Shown here piece after piece: positions 50,940 through 63,786 of a DNA stretch of 64,000 nucleotides (position 1 is the first letter of the stretch; every line of letters starts with the position of its first letter). The stretch spans positions 16,305-80,304 of the forward strand of contig CAYXGG010000006.1 in assembly GCA_964464475.1 (NCBI GenBank), written 5' to 3'. The notes beneath the pieces are model-generated. The model was not told the origin of the DNA. It did not search any database and was given only the letters and a program-made list of their open reading frames with translations. The DNA comes from an uncultured Planctomycetales bacterium (GTDB lineage Bacteria; Omnitrophota; Gorgyraeia; Zapsychrales; JAHFFX01). The position numbers were made by a program, and so were the translations under genes.

Positions 50940-50975
50940 GATTCAACCTAACTGCTAGCAATCCTTTGTTGTTAA

Positions 50976-52169
50976 TTATTTAATGATTTCAGAAATAACG
51001 CCGGCCCCAACGGTACGACCACCTTCACGGATGGCAAAGCGTAATTCTTTTTCCATGGCAACCGGAGTAATCAACTCCACTTCCAATTCCACGTTATCTC
51101 CGGGCATACACATTTCAACACCTTTAGGAAGCTCGGCAGAACCCGTAACGTCCGTAGTGCGGAAATAGAATTGCGGACGATAGCCCTTGAAAAACGGGGT
51201 ATGACGGCCACCTTCTTCTTTGGTTAATACGTAAACAGTCGCTTTAAACTTGGTATGCGGCGTAATCGAACCCGGTTTCGCCAACACCATGCCGCGTTCC
51301 ATGGTCCCTTTATCCATACCTCTCAACAGGAGACCAACGTTTTCTCCGGCGCGACCTTCATCCAATTCCTTACGGAACATTTCAATACCCGTGATAACTG
51401 TCTTTTGGACATTGGGACGTAACCCAACGCAATCAACTTCTTCCCCAACTTTACAAATACCTCTTTCAATTCTACCCGTCGCAACGGTACCACGACCGGA
51501 AATCGAGAAAACGTCTTCCACCGCCATAGAGAACGGCTTATCCAAATCACGTTTCGGTTCCGGAATAAATTCATCAACCGCTTTCATCAAATCGAGAATC
51601 GGTTTTGTCTTGACCGGATCTTTAGGATTATTTAAAGCATCCAAAGCGCTACCACGGATAATAGGGGTTTTGTCACCCGGGAATTTATACTTCGAAAGCA
51701 AATCTCGGACTTCCAATTCAACCAAGTCCAAAAGTTCTTTATCTTCGACTTGATCGCATTTGTTCAAAAAAACAACAATCTGAGGAACGTTGACCTGACG
51801 GGCCAACAAAATATGCTCACGGGTTTGAGGCATCGGACCGTCCGTCGCAGAAACGACGAGAATAGCACCATCCATCTGAGCTGCACCGGTAATCATGTTC
51901 TTGATATAATCAGCGTGACCAGGGCAGTCAATATGCGCGTAGTGACGAGCCGGGGTTTCATATTCCAAGTGAGAGATATTAATGGTAACACCACGCTCTT
52001 TTTCTTCAGGAGCGTTGTCGATAGAATCATAAGAACGGGCTTGAGCAAGACCTTGGCTGGACAAAACAGTTGTGATCGCGGCGCTGAGCGTTGTCTTACC
52101 ATGATCAACGTGACCGATCGTTCCAATGTTTAAGTGCGGTTTATTACGTACGAATTTTTCCTTAGCCAT
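50976..52169 (-). CDS. tuf: Elongation factor Tu
   Basis: [31 protein letters not shown]. Confidence 0.99.
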   Translation of the reverse strand: MAKEKFVRNKPHLNIGTIGHVDHGKTTLSAAITTVLSSQGLAQARSYDSIDNAPEEKERGVTINISHLEYETPARHYAHIDCPGHADYIKNMITGAAQMDGAILVVSATDGPMPQTREHILLARQVNVPQIVVFLNKCDQVEDKELLDLVELEVRDLLSKYKFPGDKTPIIRGSALDALNNPKDPVKTKPILDLMKAVDEFIPEPKRDLDKPFSMAVEDVFSISGRGTVATGRIERGICKVGEEVDCVGLRPNVQKTVITGIEMFRKELDEGRAGENVGLLLRGMDKGTMERGMVLAKPGSITPHTKFKATVYVLTKEEGGRHTPFFKGYRPQFYFRTTDVTGSAELPKGVEMCMPGDNVELEVELITPVAMEKELRFAIREGGRTVGAGVISEIIK

Positions 52170-52208
52170 GTCCTACCTCCCGTTTTTTATTTTGTCTGAC
52201 CTTGATTT

Positions 52209-54314
52209 TTACGTTTTTCTTTCAGCGTTAATTTCTTTTCTAGCGCCAATAATCTTTTCAGCGATATGATTCGGCACATCGGCATAAAAAGCCGGTTCCA
52301 TTGAATACGTAGCACGACCCTGCGACAAAGAGCGCAAAGCATTAACGTAATTAAACATTTCGGATAAAGGAACTTCGAGGCGAGCAGTCTTGAGCTTACC
52401 ACGTGTACCGCTGGAAATCATTTTGGCACGACGAGTATTAAGGTCACCGATAACAGGACCCCAGTAATCTTCCGGCGTCACGATTTCGATATCCATAATC
52501 GGCTCTTGAAATTTTGATTTGGCCAAACGCAGGGCTTCTTGTAAGGCAATGCGACCAGCCATCTGGAAAGCCAATTCACTTGAGTCAACATCATGGTAGG
52601 AACCGTCCACCAAAGTAACGACAATATCTGTAACCGGGTAACTCGCTAAAATACCGCTTTGCGCCGCAATCATAATACCTTCTTCTGAAGGCTTAATGTA
52701 TTCACGCGGGATATTACCACCCTTAATTTTATTGATGAAAACGACGCCTTTGCCTTTCTCTTCGGCAGGTTCGACGTCAATCACGACGTGACCATACTGA
52801 CCACGACCACCGGACTGTTTAACAAACTTACCAACAACCCCAGAGACTTTTTGGGAAATGGTTTCTTTATACGCAACCTGCGGACGACCGATGTTGCAAT
52901 CCACATTTTGTTCACGCTTCATGCGGTCAATGATAATTTCCAAATGCAACTCACCCATACCGGAGATAATGGTCTGTCCCGTTTCCTGGTTGTAGTTAAC
53001 TTTTAAAGAAGGATCTTCATCCAGGAATTTTCTCAAGGCCAAACCGAGTTTGTCCTGATCGCCTTTGGACTTCGGTTCAATTGCCATTGAAACAACTGGT
53101 TCAGGAACACGCAAGCTCTCCAAGACAATAGGATTAGCTTCATCGCAAAGCGTTTCACCGGTCTTACTATCTTTCAAACCAACTAAAGCGACAATTTCTC
53201 CAGCGGCAGCGCTTTCAGCAATTTCTTGCTTATTAGCGTGCATAATGACAATTTTTGAAATTTTTTCTTTAGATTTCTTATTTGTATTCAAAACCTGCGT
53301 ACCAGAAATCAATCGGCCAGAATATATGCGGGTAAAGAATAATTTACCGACATACGGATCAGATAAAATCTTGAAAACCAAAGCGCTAAGCGGCTCATCC
53401 GCAGAAGCCTTACGAATGGCTTCTTCTTCCTCTTTACCAGGAACCTTACCTTTAACCGGAGGAACATCTAAGGGATTCGGTAAGAATTCGGTAACGGCAT
53501 CCAAAACCATCTGAACACCCTTATTGCGCAAAGAAGACCCACAAAGAACCGGCACAAATACACACTTCAAAACTGACCGACGAATCGCGGCATAAATTTC
53601 CGGGATAGAGATCTCTTTTTCTGAGAGAAAACTTTCCATAATCGCATCATCGACTTCAGCTAATTTTTCGATTAATTTGTGACGATACTGCTTGGCTTGC
53701 TCTTTAAATTCGGCAGGGATTTCGGAACGGACTAAATTAACACCTTCGGGATCAGAATAAGTAATGTATTTTTCATTAATTACATCAATTATGGCCCGAA
53801 AAGAATCTTCGGAGCCAACCGGCATTTGAATAGCAACGGCATTAGCTCCTAAGCGATCGTGCATTTCTCCAATAACACGATCAAAGTTTGCACCCAAACG
53901 ATCCATTTTATTAATGAAAGCGAGCCTGGGAACTTGGTATCTATCAGCTTGACGCCATACTGTTTCAGTTTGCGGTTGAACCCCGCTACATCCACACAAA
54001 ACAACGACGGCACCATCCAAAACTTTAAGCGAACGCTCGACTTCTACGGTAAAGTCAACGTGCCCAGGAGTATCAATTAAATTAATTTTACAATCTTTCC
54101 AGAAGCAAGTGATGTTGGCAGCCGTAATCGTAATACCGCGTTCCTTTTCCTGAGGCATCCAATCTGTCGTCGTGTTCCCTTCATCCACGGTTCCCATTTT
54201 GTGAATGACACCCGTGTAAAAAAGAAAACGCTCTGTAGTCGTAGTTTTACCGGCATCAATGTGCGCGATAATTCCAATATTTCTATATTTATCTAGCGGA
54301 TAAACTTTAGGCAT
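52209..54314 (-). CDS. fusA: Elongation factor G
   Basis: AHIDAGKTT, RGITI, DTPGHVDF, NKMD, GMGELHL. Confidence 0.99.
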   Translation of the reverse strand: MPKVYPLDKYRNIGIIAHIDAGKTTTTERFLFYTGVIHKMGTVDEGNTTTDWMPQEKERGITITAANITCFWKDCKINLIDTPGHVDFTVEVERSLKVLDGAVVVLCGCSGVQPQTETVWRQADRYQVPRLAFINKMDRLGANFDRVIGEMHDRLGANAVAIQMPVGSEDSFRAIIDVINEKYITYSDPEGVNLVRSEIPAEFKEQAKQYRHKLIEKLAEVDDAIMESFLSEKEISIPEIYAAIRRSVLKCVFVPVLCGSSLRNKGVQMVLDAVTEFLPNPLDVPPVKGKVPGKEEEEAIRKASADEPLSALVFKILSDPYVGKLFFTRIYSGRLISGTQVLNTNKKSKEKISKIVIMHANKQEIAESAAAGEIVALVGLKDSKTGETLCDEANPIVLESLRVPEPVVSMAIEPKSKGDQDKLGLALRKFLDEDPSLKVNYNQETGQTIISGMGELHLEIIIDRMKREQNVDCNIGRPQVAYKETISQKVSGVVGKFVKQSGGRGQYGHVVIDVEPAEEKGKGVVFINKIKGGNIPREYIKPSEEGIMIAAQSGILASYPVTDIVVTLVDGSYHDVDSSELAFQMAGRIALQEALRLAKSKFQEPIMDIEIVTPEDYWGPVIGDLNTRRAKMISSGTRGKLKTARLEVPLSEMFNYVNALRSLSQGRATYSMEPAFYADVPNHIAEKIIGARKEINAERKT

Positions 54315-54318
54315 TCTA

Positions 54319-54789
54319 TTACCACCTTAAATGGCTAAAAGCTTTATTGGCTTCTGCCATCTTATGCGTTTCGTCACGTTTCTTAATGGCCGCGCCTTCA
54401 CCCTTATAAGCTTGCACTAACTCATCGGCCAACTTAACCACCATGGGTTTACCCTTTTTGTTTCTTGCAAAATCTCGCAGCCAACGCATCGCTAAAGAAT
54501 TTCCTCGAGTAGCGCTTACTTCAATTGGAATTTGGTAAGTAGCGCCACCAACACGTCGCGGCTTTAACTCTAAACGTGGTCTAACATTATCCAATACTTT
54601 AGTAAATGCTTTCACAGGCCCCTCTTCGGAAGTTTTTTGAGTCAACGTTTCCAAGGCGCCATACACGATTCTTTCCGCCACTGACTTCTGCCCATGAGTC
54701 ATCAAAATATTAATAAAGCGATGAACAATCGGACTATTATATTTTGGATCCGGATAAACTTGCCTTTTATCTGCCGCACGTCTACGCAT
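54319..54789 (-). CDS. rpsG: 30S ribosomal protein S7
   Basis: RRVGGATYQIP, HKMAEANKAF. Confidence 0.99.
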   Translation of the reverse strand: MRRRAADKRQVYPDPKYNSPIVHRFINILMTHGQKSVAERIVYGALETLTQKTSEEGPVKAFTKVLDNVRPRLELKPRRVGGATYQIPIEVSATRGNSLAMRWLRDFARNKKGKPMVVKLADELVQAYKGEGAAIKKRDETHKMAEANKAFSHLRW

Positions 54790-54794
54790 GAATA

Positions 54795-55166
54795 TTACTT
54801 CTCCCTCTTAGCGCCATACTTTGATCTAGATCTTTTTCTTTTCGCAACACCCGCTGAATCTAACGTACCTCGAACAATATGATATCTCACACCCGGCAAG
54901 TCCTTAACACGTCCCCCACGCACCAAGACAATTGAGTGCTCTTGCAAATTGTGTCCTTCCCCAGGTATATACGCCGTGACTTCATTTTTGTTGGAGAGAC
55001 GAACTCTCGCAATTTTTCTGAGCGCCGAGTTTGGCTTCTTCGGCGTCATCGTTCTTACCTGCAAGCAAACTCCTCGACGTTGAGGACAAATGGTTAACGC
55101 CGGTGATTTACTCTTTTTCTTCTTGAAGCTTCTTCTGACTCTGATCAGTTGTTGAATTGTCGGCAT
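54795..55166 (-). CDS. rpsL: 30S ribosomal protein S12
   Basis: [29 protein letters not shown]. Confidence 0.99.
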   Translation of the reverse strand: MPTIQQLIRVRRSFKKKKSKSPALTICPQRRGVCLQVRTMTPKKPNSALRKIARVRLSNKNEVTAYIPGEGHNLQEHSIVLVRGGRVKDLPGVRYHIVRGTLDSAGVAKRKRSRSKYGAKREK

Positions 55167-58100
55167 ATTTTTCTAATTCTATTTCTTCAAAGTTTTGTAA
55201 TCCGGTTCCCGCAGGAATCAAGTGACCAACAATCACGTTTTCTTTTAGGCCACGTAAATTGTCAATTTTACCCGATGATGCGGCTTCTGTCAAGACTCTT
55301 GTTGTTTCTTGGAAACTGGCAGCAGAAATAAAACTCTCCGTCGACAAAGACACTTTAGTAATGCCCATCAACTGTGGAGTTGCTTTCGCCGGCTTTCCTT
55401 TTTTCTTTAATACATCCTGATTCGCTTTTTTGAATGTCATGCGATCAATAATTTCTCCGACTAAAAATTCAGTATCGCCGGATTCATCGATCTTTACCTT
55501 CTTTAACATTTGCGAAATAATAAGCTCAATATGTTTATCGTTAATACGAACCCCTTGCAAACGATAGACCTCTTGAATTTCATTTAACAAATATTCTTGC
55601 AAAACTTTATCCCCGCAAACACGTAAAATATCCTGAGGAACCACTGGCCCTTCCGTCAACTGTTGGCCAGCAAAAACGCGATCGCCCTTATACACATTAG
55701 GGTGTTTACCATGAGGGATGGAATATTCTTTTTGCATCCCTGTTGCCGCGTTCTTAACAACAATAGTCCTCAATCCCTTACGATCCTCGCCAAATTCAAC
55801 AAGTCCATCAATTTCACTAATGACAGCAGGATCTTTGGGTCGGCGAGCTTCAAAAAGCTCAGCGACGCGCGGTAAACCACCCGTAATGTCTCTTGTTTTG
55901 CCCGCGCCTCGAGGAATTTTGGCAACTAATTCACCGGCGCTGACCGTCTGTTTATCTTTGACCAAGATATGCGCCCCGACAGGAATGGAGTAAATTCCAG
56001 CCAGCTCTTTTTTATCATCCGTAATGATTATTTGCGGATGATATTCTTGTTTGTGTTCAACAACCACACGTTCGGTAATACCGGTAACAGGATTTTCTTC
56101 CTCAGTAATCGTAACGTCCTCAATTAGATCCTCGAAGTTTACTGTACCCTTGACTTCGGTGATGATCGGAATCGTATAGGGGTCCCACGTTACAACAATT
56201 TCTTCTTTCTTGACGGCAGCCCCATCTGCTAATTTAAGAATAGCGCCTTGGGGCAGCTGATGACGTTCAAATTCTCGACCAAATTCATTATTGATACTGA
56301 TTGCACCATTACGATTAAGAACAATATATTGATTGTCTTTCTCGACAACGCGCAACTGATGATATTTCATCACGCCAGCATTTTTAGTGCGAATGTATGA
56401 TTGCTCGATCGTACGTGAAGCGGTTCCTCCGATGTGAAACGTTCTCATTGTCAACTGGGTGCCCGGCTCTCCGATGCTTTGTGCGGCAATCGTTCCAACG
56501 GCCTCGCCAATTTCGACCATGCGCTGGGTAGCTAAATTACGACCATAGCATTTAATACAAACGCCGCGCTCTGATTCGCAGGTTAAAACACTACGAATAC
56601 GAACTTTTTCGATTCCCAACTGTTCAATCATGTCCGCTTTTTCTTCGCTGATTTGCTCACCAGCACCGACAACCATCTGGTCGGTGACAATGTCTACGAT
56701 ACTATCCAGCGCCACTCGCCCAACAATTCTTTCTTTAAGACTGACAACAGTTTCATCGCCTTCGACAATCGCTGAAACTGTAATCCCGTTGACGGTTTTG
56801 CAATCATTTTCCATAATGACCACTTCCTGAGCTACGTCAACCAAACGACGTGTCAGATAACCGGCATCCGCCGTTTTAAGAGCGGTGTCCGCCAACCCCT
56901 TACGCGCACCGTGCGTCGAGATAAAGTACTCCAACACCGTCAGCCCTTCGCGGAAACTGGCAGTAATAGGGTTTTCAATAATTTCACCGGAAGGCTTGGC
57001 CATCAAACCACGCATACCGGATAACTGACGAACCTGCAAACGTGACCCACGAGCACCTGAATCAGCCATAATAAAAACCGGATTAAAACCATCCATCTGC
57101 TTAAACACCATGTCTGACAAAGATTCAGTCGTATGGGTCCAGATATCGATCATCTTGTTGTAACGTTCGCGTCCCGTGATGATACCTTTGCGATATTGAT
57201 CTTCGACTTTAGCCACTTCCAATTTAGCTGATTTGATGGCATCGACTTTGCTTTGGGGAATGGTCAAATCTGAAATAGCAATGGAGATACCGGCAAGTGT
57301 TGCAGAGTTAAAACCTAATTGTTTAAGATCATCGAGCAACACGACCGTCGCGTGCTGACCAAAACGCTTGTAGCAATTCGAAATAACCGCCCCAATGCGC
57401 TTTTTGTCCATTGTATCGTTAACAAAACCAAATCCAGCAGGCAGAATTTCGTTAAGCATAATTCGCCCCACCGTGGTCTCAATAACGCGGGTCGCTTTGC
57501 CTTCTTTAGGTTCAACCGTCGTGCCTTCTCCTTGAGAAATAACCATCGACGGTTTTTCTTCACCCCACACCGCATCATGCAAACGAAATTTAATACGGCT
57601 GTGCAGATCTAACAATCCGTCATTATAAGCAATCAAAACCTCTTTAGCGTTACCGTAAACAGACTCCTGTCCCTTTTGAGCAGGTTTGTCCTTGGTCAAA
57701 TAGTACAGACCCAAAACAATGTCTTGCGTCGGAGCAATCAAAGGACGACCGTCTGCCGGAGAAAAAATGTTATTAATTGAAAGTAATTGCAGGCGACATT
57801 CAATTTGCGCTTCCAAAGATAACGGAACATGAACGGCCATCTGATCGCCGTCAAAGTCAGCGTTAAACGCGGCGCAAACCAAAGGATGCAATTTAATCGC
57901 CTTGCCTTCAATCAAGACCGGTTGGAAAGCTTGAATACTTAAACGGTGCAGCGTCGGCGCGCGGTTCAACATGATGGGATGATCCTTAATGACTTCATCC
58001 AGGATGTCCCAAACCTCAATCTTAGCGCGCTCCACCATTCTCTTAGCACCTTTAATGGTGTGAACAAAACCTTTTTCACGCAATTTACGAATAATAAACG

Positions 58101-59208
58101 GCTCAAAAAGTTCCAAAGCCATTTTTTTAGGCAACCCACACTGATGCAATTTTAATTCAGGCCCGACGACAATAACGGAACGTCCGGAATAATCTACACG
58201 CTTACCCAGCAAATTCATGCGGAAGCGCCCCTGCTTTCCTTTCAACATATCAGAAAGCGACTTCAACGGACGATTGCCGGAACCTAACACCGGACGACCA
58301 TGACGGCCATTATCCAACAGCGCGTCAACCGATTCTTGAAGCATACGCTTTTCGTTACGGATAATAATTTCCGGCGCTTTAAGATCTAATAATTTCTTAA
58401 GACGATTGTTACGATTAATGACACGACGATACAAATCGTTCAAATCAGACGTAGCAAATCTTCCCCCCTCCAACGGAACCAAAGGACGTAAATCCGGGGG
58501 AATAACCGGCAAGACTTCCAAAACCATCCATTCAGGTAGGTTGCCAGAACCTTTAAAATCTTCCGCGATCTTAAGTGTCTTCGAAAATTTCTTCGCGTTA
58601 GTTCCGGTGGGGTTTGCTTTTTCTAAATCCTTGCGCAATTTCTTACTTAAGGAAGGAAGATCCAGTTCACGTAAGATTTCTCGAACCGCTTCAGCGCCGA
58701 TCTTGGCCTTAAAAGCACCACCATATTTGACCAGGCATTCTTGATACTTCTCTTCCGAAAGAAACTCGTGTTTCTTGAGCGGAGTTTCACCCGGGTCGAT
58801 AACGATATATTCCTCATAATAAATTAATTTCTCTAAATCTCGCAAGCCGACCTGCAATAACGCCGACAAACGACTGGGCACCGCTTTATAAAACCAAATG
58901 TGCGTCACCGGGCAGGCCAATTCAATATGCCCCATACGCTCGCGACGGACAGAAGAACGCGTCACCAAAACACCGCAACGATCGCAAGTAATTCCTTTAA
59001 ATTTTATGCCCTTATACTTGCCGCAATTACATTCCCAATCGCGCACCGGACCAAAGATCTTTTCACAAAAAAGACCGTCCTTCTCGGGTTTCAGAGTACG
59101 ATAATTTAGCGTTTCCGCCTTTTTAACCACACCCGTCGACCAAGAGCGAATGATCTGCGGAGAAGCAATCTTAATTGTAATTCTGTCTTGCTTGAGTTCG
59201 GTTTTCAT
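55108..59208 (-). CDS. rpoC: RNA polymerase beta' subunit
   Basis: [12 protein letters not shown] active site, Zn-finger, [15 protein letters not shown]. Confidence 0.99.
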   Translation of the reverse strand: MKTELKQDRITIKIASPQIIRSWSTGVVKKAETLNYRTLKPEKDGLFCEKIFGPVRDWECNCGKYKGIKFKGITCDRCGVLVTRSSVRRERMGHIELACPVTHIWFYKAVPSRLSALLQVGLRDLEKLIYYEEYIVIDPGETPLKKHEFLSEEKYQECLVKYGGAFKAKIGAEAVREILRELDLPSLSKKLRKDLEKANPTGTNAKKFSKTLKIAEDFKGSGNLPEWMVLEVLPVIPPDLRPLVPLEGGRFATSDLNDLYRRVINRNNRLKKLLDLKAPEIIIRNEKRMLQESVDALLDNGRHGRPVLGSGNRPLKSLSDMLKGKQGRFRMNLLGKRVDYSGRSVIVVGPELKLHQCGLPKKMALELFEPFIIRKLREKGFVHTIKGAKRMVERAKIEVWDILDEVIKDHPIMLNRAPTLHRLSIQAFQPVLIEGKAIKLHPLVCAAFNADFDGDQMAVHVPLSLEAQIECRLQLLSINNIFSPADGRPLIAPTQDIVLGLYYLTKDKPAQKGQESVYGNAKEVLIAYNDGLLDLHSRIKFRLHDAVWGEEKPSMVISQGEGTTVEPKEGKATRVIETTVGRIMLNEILPAGFGFVNDTMDKKRIGAVISNCYKRFGQHATVVLLDDLKQLGFNSATLAGISIAISDLTIPQSKVDAIKSAKLEVAKVEDQYRKGIITGRERYNKMIDIWTHTTESLSDMVFKQMDGFNPVFIMADSGARGSRLQVRQLSGMRGLMAKPSGEIIENPITASFREGLTVLEYFISTHGARKGLADTALKTADAGYLTRRLVDVAQEVVIMENDCKTVNGITVSAIVEGDETVVSLKERIVGRVALDSIVDIVTDQMVVGAGEQISEEKADMIEQLGIEKVRIRSVLTCESERGVCIKCYGRNLATQRMVEIGEAVGTIAAQSIGEPGTQLTMRTFHIGGTASRTIEQSYIRTKNAGVMKYHQLRVVEKDNQYIVLNRNGAISINNEFGREFERHQLPQGAILKLADGAAVKKEEIVVTWDPYTIPIITEVKGTVNFEDLIEDVTITEEENPVTGITERVVVEHKQEYHPQIIITDDKKELAGIYSIPVGAHILVKDKQTVSAGELVAKIPRGAGKTRDITGGLPRVAELFEARRPKDPAVISEIDGLVEFGEDRKGLRTIVVKNAATGMQKEYSIPHGKHPNVYKGDRVFAGQQLTEGPVVPQDILRVCGDKVLQEYLLNEIQEVYRLQGVRINDKHIELIISQMLKKVKIDESGDTEFLVGEIIDRMTFKKANQDVLKKKGKPAKATPQLMGITKVSLSTESFISAASFQETTRVLTEAASSGKIDNLRGLKENVIVGHLIPAGTGLQNFEEIELEKYADNSTTDQSQKKLQEEKE

Positions 59209-59213
59209 AGGCT

Positions 59214-62200
59214 TTATTTTTTCTTGTCCTTAGTAGCAACTTTTTCTTCCGACTCTTGCGCAGGCTTATCCATGGGTAAAGATACCGCAGCGGCAACCGC
59301 GTCATCCTCGACTGGGGTCGGGATTTGGCTCTTGTCCCCTTTTTCCAAACGAATATCCAAGCACAGGCCCTGTAATTCCTTGACCAAAACGTTAAACGAT
59401 TCCGGCGTTCCAGGAGCAAGTTTTTGCTCTCCTTTGACAATAGCCTCGTAGATACGGCTACGACCTTGAACGTCGTCACTTTTGACCGTCAGCATTTCTT
59501 GCAAAGTATACGCAGCGCCATACGCTTCCAGAGCCCAAACTTCCATTTCACCAAACCGCTGACCGCCAAAATGCGCTTTACCGCCTAATGGCTGCTGAGT
59601 AACTAAGGAATACGGACCGATAGAGCGCGCGTGGATTTTCTCATCCACCAAGTGAATGAGCTTCAGCATATAAATGTATCCACAAGTTACTTTCTGGTCG
59701 AAGGGCATTCCAGTGTGCCCATCATTAAGAACCGTCTTGCCATCTTCGGGTAAATTCGCTTCTCTTAATAATTTCCAAATTTCTTCTTCAGTAGCACCGT
59801 TAAATACAGGAGTTTCCGCGTGAAACCCTAACGCTTTAGCCGCCCAACCCAAATGAGTTTCCAGAAGCTGACCGACGTTCATACGCGAAGGAACGCCTAA
59901 CGGATTCAATACAATATCCACCGCCGTGCCATCCGGCAAGAAAGGCATATCTTCTTCAGGTAAAATACGCGACACAACACCTTTATTTCCGTGTCGACCG
60001 GCCATTTTATCACCCTCAGAAAGTTTACGTTTGGTAGCAACATAAACAACCACGCGTTTTAAAACACCCGCCGGTAGCTCATCACCGCGCTTCACGCGAT
60101 CAATCTCTTGGGCTTCTTCTTCAACCAATTCACGAATTTTATCGTTAAAGAAGGCCAAGGTTTCTTTGGCTTCCTCGTCATTGCCTAAATCTTCCGGCTC
60201 AATCTTAGCAAGCTTCTTTTTATCAATACCCAAAACCTTAGATAGCTTGCGTTCTTTTTCATTCTCGATGAATTCTATTTCCTGTTTGTAATACTCTTTG
60301 ATCTTATGGATGGTCTGCAGTTCCTTGACCTTATCTTCTTTGGATTTGCGACCGCGCTCATTGCGCTGAAAAACTTCCACGTTGACGATGACACCCTCAA
60401 TTCCAGGCGGCAAGGTCAACGACGTGTCACGAATGTCCGCTGCTTTTTCACCGAATATGGCCCGCAATAATCTTTCTTCAGGAGAAAGCTCTTTTTCGCT
60501 TTTGGGCGTTACTTTTCCAACCAAAATATCACCCGCCTTAACCTCGGCTCCGATACGGATAATACCATCTTCGGTTAAATCCTTTAACGCTTCTTCACTG
60601 ACGTTAGGAATATCACGGGTAATTTCTTCGTTACCTAAACGAGTTTCGCGAGCTTCGACTTCAAATTTTTCCACATGAATTGAAGTAAATTTATCTTCGC
60701 GAACGACACGCTCATTAATTAAAATAGCGTCTTCGAAGTTGTACCCACGCCAAGGCATAAACGCAACCAACACATTACGCCCTAAAGACAAACGCCCATC
60801 ACGCGTTGCGATACCGTCAGCAATGACTTGGCCGGCCTCAACATAATCACCGACGTTCACCAAAGGTTTTTGATTAATGCAGGTATTCGCGTTGGAACGT
60901 AAAAATGTTTTTAACATATAAACATTTTTGCCAATCACAATCTCACGTGCGTCAACTTTCGTCACGCGTCCAGATTCTTTCGCCAAAACCACAACTCCAG
61001 AGTCCTGAGCCACTTTACCTTCCATACCCGTTCCAACAAAAGGAACTTCAGTGATCATCAAAGGCACTGCTTGGCGCTGCATGTTGGACCCCATCAAAGC
61101 ACGGTTAGCGTCATCGTGTTCCAAGAAGGGAATCAACGAGGCCGCAACCGAAACTAACTGCTTGGGAGAAACGTCCATGTAATCGACTTTATCCGGACGG
61201 GCTTTGGGAAAATCGGTTTTATAACGACACGCAACGTCTTTCTCGAGGAAAGTTCCGTCTTTATCCAACGTCGCGTTGGCTTGCGCAATAAATTTATTCT
61301 GGTCAAAATCAGCCGTCAAATATTCAATTTTCTTAGAAACTTTGCCGTCATTAACCTTCCGATAAGGAGTTTCTATAAAACCTAATTCGTTAACACGAGC
61401 GCAGGTTGTCAAAGAAGCAATCAAACCGATGTTCGGACCTTCAGGCGTTTCAATCGGACAAACTCGTCCATAATGAGTTGGGTGAACGTCGCGGACTTCA
61501 AAACCTGCGCGCTCGCGAGACAACCCACCCGGACCCAAAGCACTCAACCGACGCTTGTGCGTCATTTCCGCCAAGGGATTCACCATGTCCATAAATTGGG
61601 ACAGCTGGCTGCGAGCAAAGAAATCTTGAATCTGATTACTAAATAAACGGGAATTGATTAAATGATGCGCCGTCAAATTCTCAAACGAACTCATGACGAC
61701 TAAGCGTTCCTTAATAGATCTTTCCAAGCGCGCCAATCCAATGCGGACCTGGTTCTGAACAAGTTCACCTACGCTTTTAATACGACGATTTCCCAAGTGA
61801 TCAATGTCATCGGTTTCGCCGGTACCTTCTCTTAAATTCATTAAATATTTGATAACCGCGATAACAGTTTTGATATCCAAAACACGATTATCCATCGGAA
61901 CATCAGTGTTCAATTTACGATTGATAATGTGACGACCGACGCGACTTAAGTCATAACGCTTCGGGTCAAAAAATAGACGAAAAAACAAGTTATCCGCCAC
62001 TTCGACCGTGGCTGGCTCGGTCGGACGCATCTTACGATAAAAATCCAAGAGCGCTTCTTCTTTAGTGGTTGTATGGTCTTTTTCTAAGGTAGGTTTTAAC
62101 TTATCAAAATCTTCGCCCAATAATTTCTGCAAATCCTCATTATTGGACAACCCCATGATTCTCAAAATTTGAGTGGCAGGGAAATTGCGGCGACGATCAA

Positions 62201-62756
62201 TATAAGCCAGCAAAACATCGTTCAAATCATATTTAATCTCAAACCACGCGCCACGGGAGGGAATAATCCGTCCGTGATAAATGCTCTTACCCGTGGGATG
62301 AAGCTCTTCTTCAAAGGAAACGCCCGGAGGACGCTGTATCTGAGAAACCACGACACGCTCATCACCATTGATAATGAACGTTCCCGTGTCGGTCATCAAA
62401 GGAAAATCCCCGAAATAAACTTCCTGCTCTTTAATGTCAACCGGAGTGATCAAACGAAGTTTGACTTTTAAGGGAGCGGAATAAGTCATTCCTCGGCGCT
62501 GACATTCGTAGCAGGAATATTTCTCCTTACCGAACGAATAACTCATGTACTCCAACCGAATTTGACCATCATAGCTTTCGAGAGGAAATACCTCGCGAAA
62601 GACTTCCTCCAAGCCTAAATCAGCGCGCTTATCAGGATCACTGTCACGCTGCAGAAAAAGCTTGTAGGATTCCAGTTGGATATCGAGTAGCTGCGGTAAT
62701 TCGAAATTATCCTGGAACTTGCTAAAGTCGCGGAAAACTTTTTTTTGTTTGTCCAT
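59214..62756 (-). CDS. rpoB: RNA polymerase beta subunit
   Basis: [36 protein letters not shown]. Confidence 0.99.
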   Translation of the reverse strand: MDKQKKVFRDFSKFQDNFELPQLLDIQLESYKLFLQRDSDPDKRADLGLEEVFREVFPLESYDGQIRLEYMSYSFGKEKYSCYECQRRGMTYSAPLKVKLRLITPVDIKEQEVYFGDFPLMTDTGTFIINGDERVVVSQIQRPPGVSFEEELHPTGKSIYHGRIIPSRGAWFEIKYDLNDVLLAYIDRRRNFPATQILRIMGLSNNEDLQKLLGEDFDKLKPTLEKDHTTTKEEALLDFYRKMRPTEPATVEVADNLFFRLFFDPKRYDLSRVGRHIINRKLNTDVPMDNRVLDIKTVIAVIKYLMNLREGTGETDDIDHLGNRRIKSVGELVQNQVRIGLARLERSIKERLVVMSSFENLTAHHLINSRLFSNQIQDFFARSQLSQFMDMVNPLAEMTHKRRLSALGPGGLSRERAGFEVRDVHPTHYGRVCPIETPEGPNIGLIASLTTCARVNELGFIETPYRKVNDGKVSKKIEYLTADFDQNKFIAQANATLDKDGTFLEKDVACRYKTDFPKARPDKVDYMDVSPKQLVSVAASLIPFLEHDDANRALMGSNMQRQAVPLMITEVPFVGTGMEGKVAQDSGVVVLAKESGRVTKVDAREIVIGKNVYMLKTFLRSNANTCINQKPLVNVGDYVEAGQVIADGIATRDGRLSLGRNVLVAFMPWRGYNFEDAILINERVVREDKFTSIHVEKFEVEARETRLGNEEITRDIPNVSEEALKDLTEDGIIRIGAEVKAGDILVGKVTPKSEKELSPEERLLRAIFGEKAADIRDTSLTLPPGIEGVIVNVEVFQRNERGRKSKEDKVKELQTIHKIKEYYKQEIEFIENEKERKLSKVLGIDKKKLAKIEPEDLGNDEEAKETLAFFNDKIRELVEEEAQEIDRVKRGDELPAGVLKRVVVYVATKRKLSEGDKMAGRHGNKGVVSRILPEEDMPFLPDGTAVDIVLNPLGVPSRMNVGQLLETHLGWAAKALGFHAETPVFNGATEEEIWKLLREANLPEDGKTVLNDGHTGMPFDQKVTCGYIYMLKLIHLVDEKIHARSIGPYSLVTQQPLGGKAHFGGQRFGEMEVWALEAYGAAYTLQEMLTVKSDDVQGRSRIYEAIVKGEQKLAPGTPESFNVLVKELQGLCLDIRLEKGDKSQIPTPVEDDAVAAAVSLPMDKPAQESEEKVATKDKKK

Positions 62757-62831
62757 AGGATTGTGGATTTAGGGGTTCCCTTTAGCTGTTTCTAAAATGA
62801 AACGAAAGCCTTTTTTTCGTCTAAGATAAAA

Positions 62832-63254
62832 TTACTTCAATTCAACCTTAGCACCGGCCGCTTCCAACTTCTTCTTCAACTCTTCGGCTTCGGCTTTCGG
62901 AACAGCTTCCTTGACTGTCTTCGGGGCACCTTCCACAAGATCCTTGGCTTCTTTCAAACCGAGGTTGGTTACCGCGCGGACTTCTTTAATAACGCCAATT
63001 TTGTTGGCGCCGGCATCTTTTAAAACCACATCAAACGAATCCTTGACTTCAGCAGCAGGGGCAGCACCACCGGCAGCAGCACCAGCCATCATCATGCCAC
63101 CCATCATCGGAGCAGCGGCCTTAATTCCAAAACGATCTTCTAAACCCTTCACCAACTCGGACAATTCCAAAGCGGTTAAACCTTCGATCACCTTGGCGAC
63201 ATCTTCTAGCTTCGGTGAAAGTGGTTTTTTCTCTGCAACAGTAGCTTCTGACAT
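62832..63254 (-). CDS. rplL: 50S ribosomal protein L7/L12
   Basis: [20 protein letters not shown]; start set at MSEAT with GGAGG SD. Confidence 0.98.
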   Translation of the reverse strand: MSEATVAEKKPLSPKLEDVAKVIEGLTALELSELVKGLEDRFGIKAAAPMMGGMMMAGAAAGGAAPAAEVKDSFDVVLKDAGANKIGVIKEVRAVTNLGLKEAKDLVEGAPKTVKEAVPKAEAEELKKKLEAAGAKVELK

Positions 63255-63255
63255 T

Positions 63256-63786
63256 TTAACTACCTCCCTTTTTTTCACTTAATTGACTTAAGATGGATAA
63301 CAACTCCTGAGTTTTAGCATTGAGGGCTCCGGCGAGGCGTGACAACGGAGCCTGTAATACACCCAACAACTGACTAATTAAGACCTCCCTCGATGGGAGA
63401 TCAGACAGCACTTGCACATCGTCTTTATGAAGAACCGCACCCTGCAAAACGCCACCCACAATCGAAACACCCTTACATTCTTTCGCAAAATTAACCAGGG
63501 CTTTGGAAACTTCAGAAGAATCAGAATCAGCCCAAATAAAAGCGGTTTGGCCATTAAGAGAATCAGCCAGCTGATCAAATTTTAATTCTTTGAGCGCGAT
63601 GCCAGAAATACTTTTCCTGGAGACAAATACCTTGGCCCCCTTTTTTTTCATTTCCTTACGCAAGGTATTCATTTGCGGGCCGGAAACGCCGGAATAATTA
63701 ATAACAAAGGTGCTGCTGCGACTCGTCACGCTACTTTTAATATGCTTGGCTAACCCTTCACGATAAATAGTACCGACTTTTGTCAT
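63256..63786 (-). CDS. rplJ: 50S ribosomal protein L10
   Basis: LPSREVL..QLLG.LQAP; between rplA and rplL. Confidence 0.97.
   Translation of the reverse strand: MTKVGTIYREGLAKHIKSSVTSRSSTFVINYSGVSGPQMNTLRKEMKKKGAKVFVSRKSISGIALKELKFDQLADSLNGQTAFIWADSDSSEVSKALVNFAKECKGVSIVGGVLQGAVLHKDDVQVLSDLPSREVLISQLLGVLQAPLSRLAGALNAKTQELLSILSQLSEKKGGS

Noticed and set aside
55880-56420. Large insertion in the RpoC trigger loop (and the helical insert in RpoB near 60090-60370)
   Set aside because: Positions match known lineage-specific insertions (beta' i6/SI3, beta i9); no intein or intron hallmarks
62790-62825. Possible attenuator between rplL and rpoB (ACGAAA...TTTCGT then TTCATTTT on the minus strand)
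   Set aside because: Only a 6-bp AT-rich stem; too weak to call from sequence alone
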